Shown one piece after another: positions 54,631 through 64,000 of a DNA stretch of 64,000 nt. The stretch covers positions 66,821 through 130,820 of the forward strand of contig CAVOHK010000005.1 of assembly GCA_963695635.1 (NCBI GenBank), written 5' to 3'. Numbering within the stretch: position 1 is the stretch's first letter; each line of letters starts with the position of its first letter. The notes below the pieces were generated by a model. That model was not told where the DNA came from, ran no database searches, and was given only the letters and a program-made list of their open reading frames with translations. A program made the translations under genes and the position numbers. Source of the DNA: an uncultured Acidobacteriota bacterium (GTDB lineage Bacteria > Acidobacteriota > Vicinamibacteria > Vicinamibacterales > CAVVIG01).

Positions 54631-55606
54631 ATTGTCGATCGCGACATTTTGGGTCGGCCTGGTGGCTGCAGGCCTCGGCCTGTGGACCGCGGCGCCGGCG
54701 CGATTGCGGCCGGCGCGGCCGCTCCCCGAAGGTGTCCATTCGCCGATGCTCGCGTTGGAGCTCCTGCGCGAACGGGATCGCGTGCATCTCCCGGAGTTTG
54801 TCGATCCACCGCAACAGGCAGTGTTCGGTGCGGAAGCGATCGGCACACGCGTCCGGCCGACGCGCGAGCGGGAGCATCTTCTCCGCGCGGTTCGCCGCGA
54901 CCGCTATTTCATCGCTGCCTACGATGCATTTCTGACGCTTGCCGGCACGCTGGCAATCAGGACACCGTTCGGCATCCCGCTGATCGTCGCGGCAAACGCC
55001 GCCGCTTACTACGATGTTCAGGAAAACCGGTTGCTCAACGGCGTGTTGACCGATGCCGCTACTGCGGTGCCGCGAGAGCCGTCGCTGAAGAAGTGGGCGT
55101 TCGTTTTCGGGGCGTTTCTCCTGATGGCGCCGGCGCTGGTGCCGCGCCGCGGTGCGATCTTCTGGCGGACGCTCGGCCTGGCCGGGGCCGCGTTTGCGCT
55201 GGTCGGCGGCGTTGAGGGTTTGCTCGCTATCGTTTACGCGAACGATCAACTGCTCGAATCCGCCGCCGGTCGTCTGACCGTGGCCTTTGTGTTCGCCGCG
55301 ATATTTTTTGGTACGTGTCGCGTGCTGGCCGAAGGCTTGCTGCCGGCGCTGGATCGCCTGGCGGCGACGCGCTGGCTTGGCTGGTTGTCGCGCTGGCCGC
55401 GGTCGGAGCCGAACGGACGTAACGGAGGGAAGTGCCTCCGTTGCTCTTTCAGTGAGCGACGTTGGATGCGGCAGGCGTGCGCGCCGCCATCATCTTCATT
55501 TCGAGCAGCTCGACCAGTGAGGTGGCGCGCGCCCGCAAGGACGGACGCTCGAGCAGCGCCTGCTTCTCCAGCGGTTCGAGATCCAGGTACTGCGACAGCG
55601 CGTTGA
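54611..55606 (+). CDS. Hypothetical membrane protein; 3' end probably over-extended
   Basis: 331 aa ORF overlapping the patatin gene by 20 nt. The hydrophobic body ends near 55400. The Arg/Ala-rich tail crosses a hairpin and is antisense to the LonN gene. Confidence 0.5.
   Translation: MRLAFNRLSIATFWVGLVAAGLGLWTAAPARLRPARPLPEGVHSPMLALELLRERDRVHLPEFVDPPQQAVFGAEAIGTRVRPTREREHLLRAVRRDRYFIAAYDAFLTLAGTLAIRTPFGIPLIVAANAAAYYDVQENRLLNGVLTDAATAVPREPSLKKWAFVFGAFLLMAPALVPRRGAIFWRTLGLAGAAFALVGGVEGLLAIVYANDQLLESAAGRLTVAFVFAAIFFGTCRVLAEGLLPALDRLAATRWLGWLSRWPRSEPNGRNGGKCLRCSFSERRWMRQACAPPSSSFRAARPVRWRAPARTDARAAPASPAVRDPGTATAR
55422..55441. terminator. Hairpin ACGGAGG-gaagtg-CCTCCGT between convergent genes
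   Basis: Perfect 7-bp stem with a weak T-rich tail (TGCTCTTTC) on the plus strand. Confidence 0.4.
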
Positions 55607-56096
55607 CGAGATCTTCGTCCGACATCGCCGCCGGCATTTTCGCGTCGAGGCGGACGTCCGGCGCGCCGGCCCGTTCGATCGCCGGCGCCAGAATCGATTC
55701 GAGCTTGGAGCGGCAGTTGCGGATTTCGTCGCGGTCGCGGGCGATCAGTTCGCCTTCGACCAGCGGCTCGATCAGCGCGCGGCGATAGCTGCAACCGTGA
55801 TCTTCGTCGAGAATCCCGAAGCGCTCGAGGCCGCGCAGCACGATATTGTAGCGACCATCAGGCAGCCGTTCGGCGTGAGTAATCACACCGCTGCAGCCGG
55901 TGCGATAGACCGGCGGCCGGCCCTCGTAATCTGATTCCCAGCCCGGTCGCAACAGCACCATCCCGATCAGCCGGTCGGCGCTGAGCGCGTCCGCCACCAT
56001 GTCGCGATAACGCGGTTCGAAAATGTGCAGCGGCAGGAATACATTCGGAAACAGCACGACGTTCGGCAGCGGAAAGATCGGCAGAAGGTCTGACAT
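55449..56096 (-). CDS. LON substrate-binding (Lon N-terminal) domain protein
   Basis: 215 aa. LPIFPLPNVVLFPNVFLPLHIFEPRYRDMV is the hallmark start of LonN-domain proteins. Confidence 0.85.
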   Translation of the reverse strand: MSDLLPIFPLPNVVLFPNVFLPLHIFEPRYRDMVADALSADRLIGMVLLRPGWESDYEGRPPVYRTGCSGVITHAERLPDGRYNIVLRGLERFGILDEDHGCSYRRALIEPLVEGELIARDRDEIRNCRSKLESILAPAIERAGAPDVRLDAKMPAAMSDEDLVNALSQYLDLEPLEKQALLERPSLRARATSLVELLEMKMMAARTPAASNVAH

Positions 56097-57454
56097 CAGT
56101 GAATCGTTCGCGTTTTCTTGTTCACGTAGTCCATCAATACGTACTGGCCGAGCGTGTAGGGTGTGGTGAAATACGCCTTGCCCTTGCAGATTTCGGCGAC
56201 GCGGCGCACGAAGCTGACCAGGTCGTAATCGCGCGCCAGCATGAAGGTGTTGATCATGATGCCGCTTTTACGGCACGCCGCGACCTCGGCGCAGGTTTCG
56301 GCGACGATGAACGGGTCGAGGCCGAATGCATTCTTGTAGATCCGGCCGTCCGGCTGGGTCAACGCCGACGGCTTGCCGTCGGTGATCATGATGATCTGCC
56401 GCATGTCTTTCCGCTGGCGATCGAGAATCCGTCGCGCCAGCCGCAGCCCTTCGCGGGTGTTGGTGTAGTAAGGACCGACCCTGACGCGCCCGAGTTCCGC
56501 GAGCGGAATTTCTTCGGCCGAGTCGTGGAACAACACCACTTTTAGCGCATCGCCCGGGTACTGCGACTTGATCAACTGCGCCAGCGCCAGCGCGACCCGC
56601 TTGGCCGGCGTGAAGCGATCCTCGCCGTAAAGAATCATCGAGTGACTGCAATCGAGCATCAGCACGGTCGCACACGAGCTTTGATACTCGCCTTGGGTCA
56701 CCATCAGGTCGCGGTGAGTGACATGAATGGGACGACGGGGTGCCGCGTGCTGGGTGCTGGGTGCTGGGTGCTGGTGCTGGGTGTCGGGTGCGGGTGCGGG
56801 TGCCGGGTGCGGGTGCCGGGTGCTGGTGCGCTCTGCTTCCGCTTCGCGCTGGACGGCGTTCAACAGCGTGCTGGTGGCGTCGAGGTTGAGCGTATCGCCA
56901 AATTCGTAGGGCTTTACTGCGCCGGTCGTCTCGACGCCGGTGGCCTGCTCGCGGGTGTCGTGGCGGCCGAAGCTGCTCTTGCCTAGCGAGCCGAGCAGAT
57001 CGCGCAGCGCGCGATAGCCGAGGAAATCGAGTGCCTTGTCGGTCACTTCGAACGTCACCGGACCCTGCTGGCCTTCACCCACGCCGCCGCCGCGCGCTTG
57101 CCGGCGCTCGCGTTCGGCCGCGAGATCGGGCGGCGTCGAAATGTAGCCTTCCTGGCCCATCCGCTCGATGATTTTCTGGATCAACTCTTCCAGCTTCGAC
57201 CGCGCGTCCGATTGATCCGCGTCGGCCGGATCGCCGAGCAGTCGCTCGATGGTTTCCTCGGGTAATACGCCGCCGTTGAACAACGCATCCAGAATCGCGT
57301 CATGCAGCGCCTGCATCGTCCGATCGTTTTCGTCGGTCGCGTACGGGTTGCTGAACCCGCTGGACAGCAGCAGATCGGAAAGCTTCGACACCAGATCCTC
57401 GAGATCCAGTTCGTCGAGCTCATCGCCGGTGAATTTCGTATATCGGTACTTCAA
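56096..57454 (-). CDS. VWA (CoxE-like) domain protein carrying an in-frame tandem-repeat insert
   Basis: 452 aa with a TTG start. The MIDAS motif is MLDCSHSM and the VWA body is ..[11 protein letters not shown]... A low-complexity segment [26 protein letters not shown] is encoded by the repeat at 56747-56829. Confidence 0.85.
   Translation of the reverse strand: MKYRYTKFTGDELDELDLEDLVSKLSDLLLSSGFSNPYATDENDRTMQALHDAILDALFNGGVLPEETIERLLGDPADADQSDARSKLEELIQKIIERMGQEGYISTPPDLAAERERRQARGGGVGEGQQGPVTFEVTDKALDFLGYRALRDLLGSLGKSSFGRHDTREQATGVETTGAVKPYEFGDTLNLDATSTLLNAVQREAEAERTSTRHPHPAPAPAPDTQHQHPAPSTQHAAPRRPIHVTHRDLMVTQGEYQSSCATVLMLDCSHSMILYGEDRFTPAKRVALALAQLIKSQYPGDALKVVLFHDSAEEIPLAELGRVRVGPYYTNTREGLRLARRILDRQRKDMRQIIMITDGKPSALTQPDGRIYKNAFGLDPFIVAETCAEVAACRKSGIMINTFMLARDYDLVSFVRRVAEICKGKAYFTTPYTLGQYVLMDYVNKKTRTIH
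56747..56829. repeat. Tandem 6-7 nt repeat (GTGCTGG / GTGCGG / GTGCCGG) inside the VWA CDS
   Basis: Read directly: GTGCTGGGTGCTGGGTGCTGGGTGCTGGTGCTGGGTGTCGGGTGCGGGTGCGGGTGCCGGGTGCGGGTGCCGGGTGCTGGTGCG. Confidence 0.85.
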
Positions 57455-57455
57455 A

Positions 57456-57505
57456 CAGTTCTCAGTTCTCAGTTCTCAGTTCTCTAGTTCTCAGTTCTTA
57501 GTTGT
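57456..57505. repeat. Tandem heptamer repeat (CAGTTCT)x4, CTAGTTCT, CAGTTCT, TAGTTGT
   Basis: It fills the whole AAA-VWA intergenic gap and supplies the last codons and stop of the AAA gene. Confidence 0.85.
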
Positions 57506-58987
57506 AGTACTCTTCTTCCCGCCCGGCATCCGAATCTCTTCGTCCAACGTCTGCTCTTCGCGACGTGTCGGACGGCGCGAGGCGGTTTCGGCGGCCGCGT
57601 AGCCGCGTTCTTCGCTGCGGCTGATCTTCTTCTGCGCGTAGAGGCCTTCGAGCACGAAATCGATTGCCGCCGCGACGACTGGTGCCGGGGCGCCCGGCGG
57701 CAGGCCGGCCTTTTCCGCCAGGTCGCGCAAGCCCTGAACGCCCTGCGCCTGCCCAATCACATCGTCCGACGACGTCGTATCGCTGAGCGGCAGCGACCCG
57801 CCGAGGTCGAACCATTCGACCACCTTCCGGGTGTCGATGCCGTCGAAGATGCCCGAGAAAACCGTTCCGACTGACGACCGGATCAGGTCGCGCGCCACTT
57901 GCTCGGCGCCACGTAGCTCGCCTTCGTACTCGAGCTCGAACTTGCCGGTAATCGACGGCAGCGCCGCATAGACGTCGGTTACCCGCGGCACCGCTACGCC
58001 TTCGTTGTTGGCCAGCGCGCGACGCTCGGCGTTCGACACCACGAGCTCGAGCGTGGTGATCGGCAGGCGCTGGCTGACGCCCGATCGTTTGTCGATCTTG
58101 CGATCGGCTCGAGCCTGAAAGGCCACCTCTTCGATGACTTCGCGCACGTAATCGGGGATCTGCACGTTGACCGCGCCGGTTCGATCGGTCCACGCTTCCT
58201 GCCGCGTAATCGCGAGGGCGTTATGGCGGGTCGCCGGATAGTGCGTGCGAATTTCCGAGCCGATCCGATCCTTCAGCGGCGTGATGATTTTGCCGCGCGC
58301 CGTGTAGTCTTCCGGGTTTGCCGTGAAGACGAGCATCACGTCCAGCTTCAGCCGTATCGGGTAGCCCTTTATCTGAACGTCGCCTTCCTGGAGGATGTTG
58401 AACAGGCCCACCTGAATCTTGCCAGCGAGGTCGGGCAGCTCATTGATCGCGAAGATGCCGCGGTTCGCCCTCGGCAACAGCCCGTAATGCATCGTCAGCT
58501 CGTCGGCGAGATCGAGACCGCCTTGTGCCGCCTTAATCGGGTCGATGTCGCCGACCATGTCGGCAATGGTCACGTCCGGCGTGGCGAGTTTTTCGACGTA
58601 GCGATCGTCGCGCGACAGCCACACCACCGGCAGGTCGTCGCCTTCGCGCAACACCCGTGCACGGCACGAGGCGCACAACGGCGCGAGCGGATCGTCATGG
58701 ATTTCGCAGCCTGGAACGACCGGAATCCGTTCGTCGAGCAGTCCGGCCAGACCGCGCAAAATCCGGCTCTTCGCCTGACCGCGCAGGCCCAGCAGAATGA
58801 AGTTGTGCCGCGACAGCACGGCGTTGACCAGCTGAGGGATGACGGTTTCGTCGTAACCGATGATGCCGGGGAACAACGGCGCGCCAGCGCGCAGCTTGCA
58901 GACGAGATTGTCGCGAATTTCTTGCTTGACCGGGCGCGAACGGTAACCGGATCGTCGTAGCTCTCCCAGGGTGCTGATGTCCGCCAT
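57491..58987 (-). CDS. AAA+ ATPase, Mg-chelatase ChlI-like / sigma-54-interaction-domain-like family
   Basis: 498 aa with [34 protein letters not shown] (Walker A-like), [11 protein letters not shown] (Walker B) and [18 protein letters not shown]. Confidence 0.85.
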   Translation of the reverse strand: MADISTLGELRRSGYRSRPVKQEIRDNLVCKLRAGAPLFPGIIGYDETVIPQLVNAVLSRHNFILLGLRGQAKSRILRGLAGLLDERIPVVPGCEIHDDPLAPLCASCRARVLREGDDLPVVWLSRDDRYVEKLATPDVTIADMVGDIDPIKAAQGGLDLADELTMHYGLLPRANRGIFAINELPDLAGKIQVGLFNILQEGDVQIKGYPIRLKLDVMLVFTANPEDYTARGKIITPLKDRIGSEIRTHYPATRHNALAITRQEAWTDRTGAVNVQIPDYVREVIEEVAFQARADRKIDKRSGVSQRLPITTLELVVSNAERRALANNEGVAVPRVTDVYAALPSITGKFELEYEGELRGAEQVARDLIRSSVGTVFSGIFDGIDTRKVVEWFDLGGSLPLSDTTSSDDVIGQAQGVQGLRDLAEKAGLPPGAPAPVVAAAIDFVLEGLYAQKKISRSEERGYAAAETASRRPTRREEQTLDEEIRMPGGKKSTTTKN

Positions 58988-59020
58988 GGCTCGATTCTAC
59001 ACAAGATAGACTTTCGCATC

Positions 59021-59773
59021 GTGCGCCATTCCTTCTTCGACACCGAGGCGCTGCGGCGACCGTTGGTGTTTGCCCATCGCGGCGGCAGCGCGTTGGCGCC
59101 CGAAAACACCATGGCGGCGTTCGACAATGGTCTCGCGCTGGGTGCCGACGGATTAGAACTCGATGTTCACCTGTCGTCGGACGGAGGTGTCGTCGTGCAT
59201 CACGACCGCACGCTCAATCGCACCACATCGTTGACCGGACCGGTTGCCGCGCGAACCGCCGCGGAACTGAATCGCGCGGCAGTCCCGTTACTGGACGATG
59301 TGTTGCGGCGGCATCGCGATGCTCGCGTCATCATCGAGCTCAAGGTCAACCACCCGACGCTCGCGCGCGCCGCGGTTGAGGCGGTCCGCGCCGCCGACGC
59401 GGTCGAGCGTGTCTGCTTCGGGGCGTTTGGCATTCGAGTGCTGTGCGCGGTCCGTGAACTCGAACCCGCCGCAGCCACCAGCGGCGCTCGTGAAGAAGTG
59501 CGATGGGCGCTCTATCGATCGTGGTGCCGGTGGCCGGTGAAACACGTCGCGTACGATGGCTATCAGGTGCCTGAATGGGCCGGGTCGACCCGCGTCGTGT
59601 CGCCGCGATTCGTCAATGACGCACATGCCGCTGGGCTTGGCGTTCAGGTGTGGACGGTGGACGATGCCGCGGAAGCGAAGCGGCTGCTGTCCTACGGTGT
59701 TGATGCTTTAATTACGGATCGCCCCGACACGATTGTTCCGCTGGTGCGCAGCCTCGCCGCGGAATGTCGTTGA
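59021..59773 (+). CDS. Glycerophosphodiester phosphodiesterase
   Basis: 250 aa with FAHRGGSALAPENTMAAF, LELDVHLSSDGGVVVHHD, VWTVD and LITDRPD. Confidence 0.9.
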   Translation: MRHSFFDTEALRRPLVFAHRGGSALAPENTMAAFDNGLALGADGLELDVHLSSDGGVVVHHDRTLNRTTSLTGPVAARTAAELNRAAVPLLDDVLRRHRDARVIIELKVNHPTLARAAVEAVRAADAVERVCFGAFGIRVLCAVRELEPAAATSGAREEVRWALYRSWCRWPVKHVAYDGYQVPEWAGSTRVVSPRFVNDAHAAGLGVQVWTVDDAAEAKRLLSYGVDALITDRPDTIVPLVRSLAAECR

Positions 59774-59791
59774 TGTATCATCCGATCGCCT

Positions 59792-60064
59792 ATGCCGCAG
59801 TACATCATCGAGCGTGAAGTACCGGGCGCCGGTCAGATGACCGACGATCAACTCGCCGCAGTATCGAAAAAATCGTTGGAGTCACTGGGACAGCTCGGCT
59901 CACAGATCCAATGGCTGCATAGCTACGTCACGCAGGACAAGATTTACTGCGTTTACCTGGCGCCGGACGAGGCGACGGTCCAGGAGCACGCGCGACGGAC
60001 CGGGATTCCAGCCAACCGGGTGTCGGCGGTGCGTCGCTTGCTCGATCCGGTCAACTATCGCTAG
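59792..60064 (+). CDS. DUF4242-family small protein
   Basis: 90 aa with MPQYIIEREVPGAG...IQWLHSYVTQDKIYCVYLAPDEATVQEHARRTGIPANRV. Confidence 0.7.
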   Translation: MPQYIIEREVPGAGQMTDDQLAAVSKKSLESLGQLGSQIQWLHSYVTQDKIYCVYLAPDEATVQEHARRTGIPANRVSAVRRLLDPVNYR

Positions 60065-60097
60065 CAGACCGTCTCGTCCGCTCGCTTAATCACGATG

Positions 60098-60170
60098 AAC
60101 GCCGAGCTCGCCAAGAACGCCGAGAATCACAATAAATTCACCCTCGGCGATCTTGGCGGTCTCGGCGTTC
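60098..60170. repeat. REP-like palindrome of the GAACGCCGAG family
   Basis: GAACGCCGAGCTCGCCAAGAACGCCGAGAA (identical to the 30-nt left arm at 37500-37529), a loop, then CTCGGCGATCTTGGCGGTCTCGGCGTTC. Confidence 0.85.
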
Positions 60171-60182
60171 CTCTTCGGACCG

Positions 60183-63100
60183 TTACTGCTGTTGGGGATA
60201 CGGTGCGCTAGCGGCGCTCGCGCACGCGATGGCGTCGTCGATCGACAACGCCGACCCTTCCACCCAACTGCGCGCCGCATCCCGCGCGTGCGGTCCGGTG
60301 CGGAATGCCCGTAACGAAACCTCGAGCGTCTCGCGTTCGACGCGCGACTGCGGTGCGCCAATCGTTTCGCGCAGCGATGCGGCCGCTCCCGCCAGCATCA
60401 AGGCACGCCGCGCGTCTCCCGATTCGCCGAACAGGATCGAGACCGCTTCAAGAATCCGCGACACGCCGCGCAGATCTCCGTGTTGTCGTGCGGCCGCGAG
60501 CGCTTCGCTGAAATGCCGCTGCGCATCGGCGCCGCGGCGTTCCTTGCGCGCAACATGACCGAGCGCTTCGTGGGCGCTGCTTACCCCCCAGTCGTAGTCG
60601 AGTCGTTGAAAGCGTTCCAGCGCTTCGCTATAGAGTCGCCTCGCAACCTCCAACTGATGTTGGCCGCGACGGACATCGCCCTCGTGTACGAGGCTCCAGG
60701 TCGCGCCGACGTCATCGCCGGCCTGATCAAACATTGCACGGCATTCCCGGTAACGCGCGATCGCATCGTCAGGTCGATTCTCGAGGGCGTCGATGCTGGC
60801 AAGGTTGCTGAGCGCGCGAGCTTGCGCGGTTAGATCACCGATCGTGCGCCAGGTTTCGAGGCTCTCTTCGAAGCTCTGCTGCGCCGACGCATATTCACCG
60901 AGTCCTCGCGAGGCGACTCCTACGGCGTTGGCCGCGATGGCGGCGCCGCGGCGGTCCCCGATTTCCAGATACAGATGACGCGCCTGCTCGGCCCAGCGTC
61001 GGCTTTCACTGTAGTGCGCTGACGGATTCAACAGCGTGCTCACCGCGAACATCGCCCGCGCCCGCAATTCGAGCGAGACCGTTGTATCGCCAAGATCGAG
61101 CAGCGTCGCCAATCGACGGTGGCCCTCCGCAAGATAGCCGCGCCCCTGCCAGTAGGGCAGTAATGCGATCGACAGTCGCAGTCCCCACTCCGTAGCGCGC
61201 GTTGCCGTGAGGTGATCGATCGCTGCGCGGATGTTGGCGAGTTCGAGGTCGCATCGGGTGAGCCAACGCGCCTGCGCGTTCGGGTCGGATGAATCGCCTT
61301 CCTCGGCGAGCACCATCAGGTACGCGGCATGGGCTCGCGCGGCGATTGGCGCGTCGTCTGAAGCGTCGAGTTTTTCGCGCGCGTATTCCCGGATCGTCTG
61401 CAACATCGTGAACCGCGGCTCGTCACTGCGGTCGAGCTGCTGGCAGAGGTTCTTTTCGACCAGCGACGTCATGCCATCGAGGATGTCCTGGCCGAGATCC
61501 TGACGCACGTCGCACACAGCCTCCGCCGCCTCGAGGCTCCATCCGCCGACGAATACCGCGAGGCGACGAAACAGCCGTTGGTCTTCCGTCGACAGCAGCT
61601 CGTGGCTCCAGTCGATGGCACTGCGAATGGTCTGCTGCCGCTCGGGCAGGTCGCGTGCGCCGCCGCCAAGCGTCAGCAGGCGGCCCTCGAGGCGCGCCAG
61701 CAGCGCGGCCGGCGTCAACATCTTGATTCGCGCCGCGGCGAGTTCGAGCGCCATCGGCAGGCCGTCGAGCCGTGCGCAGATTTCAGCAATAGCGGCCGCG
61801 TTTTCCGCCGTGACCGCGAAGCCCGCCCGGGCTGCGGCTGCGCGTTCGACAAACAGCGCGACTGCTGGCGCCCGGGCAACCACGTCGGCTCGGCTGCGTG
61901 CCGCGGCATCGGGCGAGTCCGAGCGCCGGGACCGGGAACTCGCGTTCGGCGGTCAGATGCAGCACCGACCGACTGGTCACCACGACGCAGACGCCGGGCG
62001 ACGCGTCGACGATTTCAGCGATTGTCGTTGCCGCGTCGGCCAGGTGTTCGAAGTTGTCGAGCACCAGTAACAGTCGGCCGGATCGCGCTCGCAAATGCGA
62101 CTTCAGCGCTGCGAGTGCGCCATCCGATCCGATGCGCACCTCGAGGATCTGGGCGATCGCCGATGGCACGAGCCGGAAATCGTCGAGCGGCGCAAGCGGG
62201 ACAAAGTAGATCCCGGCATCGAAATAGGCGGACAGACCGCGCACCGCTTCGGCCGCCAGCCGGCTCTTGCCGACACCGCCCGGTCCGGTCAGCGTGACGA
62301 GCCGGACATCGCCGCGGGTGAGCAGCTCGCGCAGTTGCGCCACTTCACGGTCCCGCCCAATCAGCGGCGTCGAGTCGGCGGGAACGGACCATTCGAGCGC
62401 GACCGGAGCCGACGCCTGCGGTTTTGACGCGTGTTCGTGCAGGACAACGGAGATCGCGATGCAGATCGCGCGTCGAGGTATAGCGTTCGTCGGCGCGTTT
62501 GGACAAGCAGCGCCGGATCGTCCATTCGAGCGGTTGTGGCAGCGTTGGGCACAGTTCGCGGATCGACACCGGTTCGTCGGTGATCGCGGCAACCGCCGTC
62601 TCGATCGCCGAGCTCTTCGCAAATGCGCGGCGGCCGGACAACAATTCGTACAAGATGGCGCCGAGCGCGAATTGATCAGCGGCGAAATTGGCGACTTCGC
62701 CGCGAGCCTGCTCTGGCGCCATGTAGCCCGGCGTGCCGAGAATCGTCCCGGCCTGGGTCGTCACCAACGAGCGGAGCGTCGGCGCCTCGGCGGGCGTGCG
62801 TGCCAGCCCGAAGTCGAGAATCTTCACCGTCTCGTCACTCTTGACGATGACATTTTCCGGTTTGAGGTCGCGATGAACGATGCCGTGGGCATGCGCCGCC
62901 GCGAGCGCATCGGCGATTTGAATCGCCAGTGCCAAGGCGCGGCTGGGCGAAATCGGACCGCCATGAACGATTTCGCGGAGCGTTCGCCCGAGCACCAGCT
63001 CCATCGCGAAGTACGACCCGATCCCGTCGGCCTCGCCGACATCATAGATGGTGACGATGTGCGGATGATTCAGCGACGAGGCGGCACGCGCTTCACGAAC

Positions 63101-63283
63101 GAAACGCTCGCGCGCGAGCGCATCCGCCTGTTCCGCGGCCAATACTTTGATGGCGAGGTCGCGCTCCAGCCGCGGATCGCGAGCGCGATAGACTATGCCC
63201 ATCCCGCCGACGCCGATCTGACCGACGATTTCGTAAGGACCGAGGCGCGTTCCCGGGGCAATCACTCCACGTAGATTATGCAT
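60183..63283 (-). pseudogene. Ser/Thr protein kinase fused to a STAND (NB-ARC/AfsR-like) NTPase and TPR repeats, 2 frameshifts
   Basis: The kinase is ORF 62345..63283 (GVGGMGIVYRA, HRDLKPENV, DFGLA). The P-loop is in ORF 61783..62622 (LTGPGGVGKSRLA, LLVLDNFEH). ORF 60183..61883 has LDGLPMALELAA, a winged-helix region and TPR repeats. Confidence 0.8.
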
Positions 63284-64000
63284 GCACCGCGTTTGCAGGA
63301 CATTGTTGCCGCACGACAGCGCGTTTATCGGCTGGTGCGGCCGACACCTCTACTACACCACGCGCTGCTGGCGCGGGAAACGGGTCTCGACATTCTCGTC
63401 AAGCACGAGAATCACAATCCGACCGGCGCGTTCAAGGTGCGCGGCGGGCTGAACCTGATTGGCAGCCTTTTGCCGGAGGACCGGCGCGGCGTGATTACCG
63501 CGACCACCGGCAACCACGGCCAGTCGATCGCGTTGGCGTGTCAACGCGAGGGCGTGCCCTGTGTCATCGTCGTTCCGCTCGGCAACAACCCGGAAAAAAA
63601 TGCCGCGATGCGCGCGCTCGGAGCCGAGTTGGTGGAGTTCGGCAAGGATTTTGACGAAGCGCGGGAAAAAGTCGAAGCAGATGCAGCACGAACGTAGGTT
63701 GCGCTACGTGCATTCCGCGAACGAGCCATTGCTGATTGCCGGGGTTGGCACTTACGGTCTCGAAATCTTCGAACAGATGCCCCGATGCCGACGTGATCAT
63801 CGTGCCGATCGGCGGGGGCAGCGGCGCGTGCGGATGTGCGTTGGTTCGCTCCGGACTCGGCAGCTCCGCCAAAGTCATCGGCGTTCAGGCCGAGCGTGCC
63901 GACGCATTCGCGCGTTCGTGGCGCGGTCCGTCGCGAGTCGTCGGAGACAAGGCTGACACGTTCGCTGAAGGAATGGCCACTCGAGTGACGTTCGACTTGA
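63278..64000 (+). pseudogene. PLP-dependent threonine/serine dehydratase family protein, at least 2 frameshifts, runs off the window end
   Basis: ORF 63278..63697 has HENHNPTGAFKVRGG and TGNHGQSIA. It continues in other frames as ..YVHSANEPLLIAGVGTYGLEIFEQ.., ..VIIVPIGGGSGA.. and ..KVIGVQAE... Confidence 0.8.

Noticed and set aside
56747-57505. The tandem repeats here, and the other repeat loci, as CRISPR arrays
   Set aside because: The units are only 6-9 nt and directly abut each other with no spacers. No cas genes are present in the window.
60183-63283. The kinase-STAND-TPR gene as an Avs-type antiphage sensor
   Set aside because: It has no nuclease, protease or Sir2-type effector, and no defence-island context (no mobile-element genes or other defence genes around). 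The architecture fits PknK/AfsR-like regulators equally well. I kept it only as a low-interest finding.

Overview
Visibly GC-rich bacterial chromosomal DNA (GC not computed). It is probably Acidobacteriota. That is an inference from a TIGR03436-like 'VWFA-related' secreted protein, three CarboxypepD_reg-plus-TonB-dependent-type outer-membrane genes, and several secreted S9/M28 peptidases. I support about 55 protein genes:
- a nucleoside-salvage operon (deoA-nupC-punA-ABM::cdd-mtnA), then tsaD, a YjbQ-family gene and a NUDIX gene;
- an ABC cluster with two ATPases and two permeases;
- a thiolase / IPMDH-family / hbd block with a divergent TetR, and folE;
- a LytS/LytTR two-component operon;
- a YpdA-like flavoprotein and a TM-anchored patatin-like lipase;
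- an AAA(ChlI-like)-VWA-LonN operon, and a Ser/Thr-kinase::STAND::TPR gene.
I found no rRNA, tRNA, CRISPR array, transposase or phage genes by eye.

Three things stand out.
1. A roughly 720 aa radical SAM gene (40972-43134) has the architecture I associate with Tes/GDGT-MAS membrane-spanning-lipid synthases.
2. There are two families of short non-coding repeats. One is tandem 7-9 nt unit hairpins resembling cyanobacterial STRR units, including one copy inside a VWA coding sequence. The other is a set of REP-like GAACGCCGAG palindromes.
3. Many genes are broken by frameshifts in discrete patches, while the amino-acid sequence on either side still looks intact. That points to assembly indels rather than old pseudogenes.

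Many long ORFs in the track are antisense or out-of-frame artefacts of the GC-rich sequence.
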